A DNA stretch of 32,000 nucleotides from NCBI GenBank assembly GCA_054661495.1, contig BAAFSQ010000065.1, positions 13,120-45,119 of the forward strand, written 5' to 3'. Both the position numbers and the translations under genes were made by a program. Positions 28,155 to 32,000 of this stretch are shown in pieces. Position 1 is the stretch's first letter, and each line of letters opens with the position of its first letter. Origin of the DNA: Zygophlyctis sp. KS116 (Eukaryota > Fungi > Chytridiomycota). The notes below the pieces were generated by a model. That model had not been told where the DNA came from and ran no database searches. It saw only the letters and a list, made by a program, of their open reading frames with translations.

Positions 28155-30665
28155 CTAAACAGTATCTTTCGACAAAAATAGACATGCAATATCTTCAGGA
28201 ATTCGTTCTTCATCAAACGCATCCATTACAATTTTACCCAAAGGTAACAATACTCGATACTGAAGCCATTCATTTCTTTCTCCAATTTGCAACAAATCAA
28301 ATCGATTTTCAATATATCCACAGTATCCAAACATTAGTGTACTGATTTCATTTCCCTTTAAGAATGGAATAAGAATTTTAATAGAATTTTCAGGTTCTTT
28401 AATAGAATTGGTCTAAATATTAAATTTAAAATTGTACCAAGGCATATATAGACAGGATTGATTCAGTAGTATTAAGTTGAATAGGAAAATTTACTGATTT
28501 TTCTGATTTTTTAGTTGGAGTATTCCACCATTCAGCTAAAACAGTTGCTTGAGATTGAATAAGTGATAATAGATAGCCATGACACGTAGAATCTAAAGTA
28601 AACAATTGTAAAGACTACCACTAGCAGATATAAAATATAATTCCCAGACTATTGGGATTCTTTCATAAATAGAAAGAATTTCAGGTTCACTAGAGTTAAT
28701 TTTAAAAAAGTACTTGTGAATTCTTTTGGCTCTTGATATATCTCTAGGAACATAATGAGAAATTTTTCTTGAAACATGGGTTGAAATCATACTAGGACTT
28801 AGAGAACCTTATTATAAGAAATACTCAATTGATACATTCAGCTCCATTAGAGTCACGCACCTTGTAATCGCTTAAAATGCGTAAAAACAGTAATCTACAC
28901 GCCGCCTTTGATACAGTTATTGTTTTCCTAAAAGTTATATTGCCAAAGAAAACCTTGTTATATACTCTTTCTTGTTAAAAACAGAATAAAAAGAGTCCAT
29001 TACAAAATCTACAATGATATCCACTGTTTGATATTCTTTGTTCAAACATACGATCAAAGATATTAAACTTTCATGAAATCTATCATGTGAGATAGTGTTT
29101 TCAAATGATTCCTGGCAAAGTTCAAACACTCTCTTTAATGAAGATTGCAAAATGAAATACAACATTCCGATTGAAAACCTGCGTTTTGGTAAAGCTTCCA
29201 GGACCAAATCAATCGCGCTCTGACTCACTTTGAGATCAGGATGATTTACGAATAAGAATATTAGCCTCCATATACTATGATTTCCAATTAAATCCTTAAT
29301 AATATGCAAGTTTTGGCGTGATTCGTAAATATAAGTTAAATGTAAGCATGTGAAAATATTAACTAGTTCGTTTGGATCTTTCCCCTCTAAATTTTCTAAA
29401 GTTTGTAGAACCGTTTCTCTAAAAACTCCCGGAATTTTGCATTCAAATGCACAAATGATGTGAATCCAGCTAGTTAGAAACTCTTCAATTCCTTGCTTAC
29501 CAAGGCTTTTGAGATCCGATAATCCTACCTTATGCGTCAAAATGCATTTAAATATTTCAGAAACAATAGATTTATCTGAATATACACCATTTAGGATTAT
29601 ACACTTCTCCATATAGTTTTTGATAATAGGAGTCAAAAGGCTATTCCACCAAACATCAACAAATTTTGAAGTACAAGTTTTAAAAGACTGAATCCATTTG
29701 TCGACATTTTCAGTTTGGTGATCGCACGAAGCTTGAATGAAATTTAGTATTTGATAAATTAAATGCGCAAATGATTTAGAGTCTTTCAAAATGCAAATTT
29801 GAGCAAGAATCACAAGGATTGATCCTACAAAACTGGAATAAATCCCAAAACTTTTATCATTGAATATATGTTCCAAGTCAACTTCGATAGAATCAAGAGG
29901 CATTCCATTCAAATATAAAGAATACCCTGTAGAAAATTCTAATTTGATCAATCTCAATAAATCATTGTCCAAAACCCGGAGCCAATCTCTTGCACAATCT
30001 TAAATTAAAATTGAAATAAAATACCTTCAATCATCCAAGGACAAGATTTAATTAGAGCTAATAAATTTCCTAAAATATGCCTGCCATAAGCACCTTTTGA
30101 ACACGCTTTATCATCTAATATTCCCATTCTATAAATACGTAATAAATTTCCTCCAGCCTTACGCATAGCTGACTTGAAATCAATTTTTGAAACCTTCCAA
30201 TTAGCACAAAAATTAAAAAGATCGATTTTCTTTTCTAAAATCTCAAGTTTTAATCCATCTCTTTGGGTTAATTGTTCACTGTAAATTTACTTTTCAAGAC
30301 TTTTCATGATTAAATCATCCAGCACCTCTGGAACGATCCATTTTCCTGCATTCATTATACATATCAAGTATGGAAGAATCCAGTTTAACTTATCCCTATT
30401 GTCGATGCCCTTTTAGGTTAATGTTTATGTCTAGGTTACTAACCTGAATTAGAGACTCTGCAGCTTCATAATTTTTCGAGATATGAAAGATCCCCTTCAT
30501 GACTTTTTTTAAAGTTTGATTCTTATCCAAAATTATTAGATTTGATTCTAGAGAATTTCCTTGATTAATCTCAATTTTTTTAAACCATTCCAAAGCTTTC
30601 TTCAACTTTATAAATTCTACACTTACAGGAATAATCATGTTATGATCGTTTGCAGCCAATTCCAT
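28155..30665 (-). CDS. Large helical-repeat protein, C-terminus resembling Integrator subunit 5
   Basis: Frame stays continuous across 6-8 tiny GT-AG introns. The C-terminal block IYERIPIVWELYFISA...LIQSQATVLAEWW...NFPIQLNTTESIL...LIPFLKGNEISTLM resembles the INTS5 C-terminal domain from memory. The CDS itself is likely; the identity is tentative. Confidence 0.45.
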
Positions 30666-30753
30666 ACTATAGATTGGATCAAGATTTGGTGCCGTAGGAA
30701 GGGTAGGGCCTAGACCTAAAGCTTGGACTTATGTCTGGTGTTTCGGACACTTT

Positions 30754-30808
30754 AGATTCAAATATTACAATGGTATAAAATGTTAATACCATTGTAATAT
30801 TTGAATCT
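30754..30808. repeat. Perfect 23-bp inverted repeat with a 9-nt spacer
   Basis: agattcaaatattacaatggtat (30754-30776) / ataccattgtaatatttgaatct (30786-30808). Confidence 0.95.
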
Positions 30809-30958
30809 TCAGAATGATATTAAAAATAGTTTTGATGCTTTTTTATTCCAAGAAATTTATATTTTATGGATTTAAACAGAGCTGTTTTTATGGCCTCAGG
30901 GTTATGTTTCGCATAGAGATATTCAAGTTTAAGTATTTGGCTGATTTTAAATCTAAAA

Positions 30959-31724
30959 ATGTCAAAACTCTGGATTAAATTTAAAACTTATAGTTCTACT
31001 CAAGTCTCTACTGAAGACTGTCAAAATGTTGATGATTTTCTCAAGGCCTGCAAGAAGGAGCTTTTGTACTTGGCAATCCGATCATTGGTTCTTCAATATT
31101 CATTCGTCCATGCTATCCAAAATTACTGGAAATAGTATTTTCAATAATTAAAGATCCTGCTACTCCCCATTTGGTTATTCTTGGGACCCCTGGCATTGGA
31201 AAGACTTTCTTTGGATATGTTATTTTGTTATACCTTGCTCGCACTGGCGCTACAGTAGTATATGAACGCGGAAGAGAAGACGCAAGATATCTATTTTCTG
31301 CAAATGGAATTTTCACTGGTTCGAGAAACGATTTCATAGTAATGGATTTTAACCCTAATGGATTTAAGTCTATTCTTATATTCTTCCAACAATTTAGAAT
31401 TTCAATTGGCTACTCATCATTATTTCCGTCCGAAAACCAAGAATTTTGAATCAATTGATTCGTTTATCAAGCCAAATCTCCTCTTTCAAATGACTATCTC
31501 CAAAAATCATCCTTGTAGGCAGACTGGTCTTCGTAATGTTTTGGAAACACTTGGTAATCCTGAACCCAGAATTGTATTTTGTTGTACCACCTGATATATT
31601 TCCATCGTTCACCTACCAAAATTACATAGGAAAAGATGGTAAAGTTTTATCAGAAAGCGGCATTGTTGGAAGTGTCAGCAAATTATCCCAGTTTGTTTTA
31701 ACTTTTGAACTGTGTTCTCAATAG
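30959..31724 (+). pseudogene. Crinkler (CRN)-like effector pseudogene: Ubl-like header, P-loop NTPase and REase-fold fragments
   Basis: MSKLWIKFKTYSSTQVSTEDCQNVDDFLKACKKEL header; after a frameshift GSSIFIRPCYPKL and VILGTPGIGKT (Walker A); after a second break YFRPKTKNFESIDSF..LLFQMTISKNHP; a third frameshift before LYFVVPPD. The breaks are not obviously explained by introns, and expected sequence appears to be missing. Confidence 0.75.
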
Positions 31725-32000
31725 TGGATGGATGGATATGGTATTTTCAAGTGTCGCAATTATTATCCTTAAATTTTCTTGGCATAAACATAAATTCTCT
31801 ACTTGTTTATATTATAATTCGAAATCCTTGAGGAGTCTGGTTTCTGAGTCTTACAAGGGCAGATGGTTATTTGCCACGATAACTGCAACCTACAGTCACC
31901 AGTTAAAGGTTTTATCCAAACAAAGTAATGCCATCATTTGCCCAGTCAACGATTGCAGCCATGGTCACCCCATCTGTGCTTTTGAGTGCAACCGGACTAT

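Noticed and set aside
31830-32000. Possible coding fragment at the right edge of the window
   Set aside because: Frames are short and no motif is recognisable; it cannot be judged without flanking sequence.

Overview
AT-rich, extremely compact eukaryotic window, most likely an early-diverging (chytrid-like) fungus. This is inferred from fungal-type housekeeping proteins together with dynactin p25, an INTS5-like gene and a Crinkler-like gene. The ORF track is fragmented because almost every gene is split by tiny GT-AG introns; all I delimited are 23-34 nt. After manual splicing the window holds about 20 protein genes: NAA25/MDM20, PGM, NOB1, GFA1, PRP28, two unknown membrane proteins, BET1, DOP1, RMD1, RAM1, a SET-domain protein with an N-terminal hydrophobic segment, RBBP4, PRE7, PRE2, FAM192A/Fyv6, RRN7, DCTN5, GAA1 and an INTS5-like protein. 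These are followed by a perfect 23-bp inverted repeat and an internally deleted Crinkler-like pseudogene. The main points of interest are the ultra-short-intron splicing regime (including a 9-nt microexon and stop-codon-guarded 3n introns), overlapping or abutting genes, a possibly secreted bacterial-style SET methyltransferase, a putative Integrator subunit, and a structured ~90-nt intergenic element that may be an unannotated ncRNA. All homology calls come from recalled motifs, not database searches.
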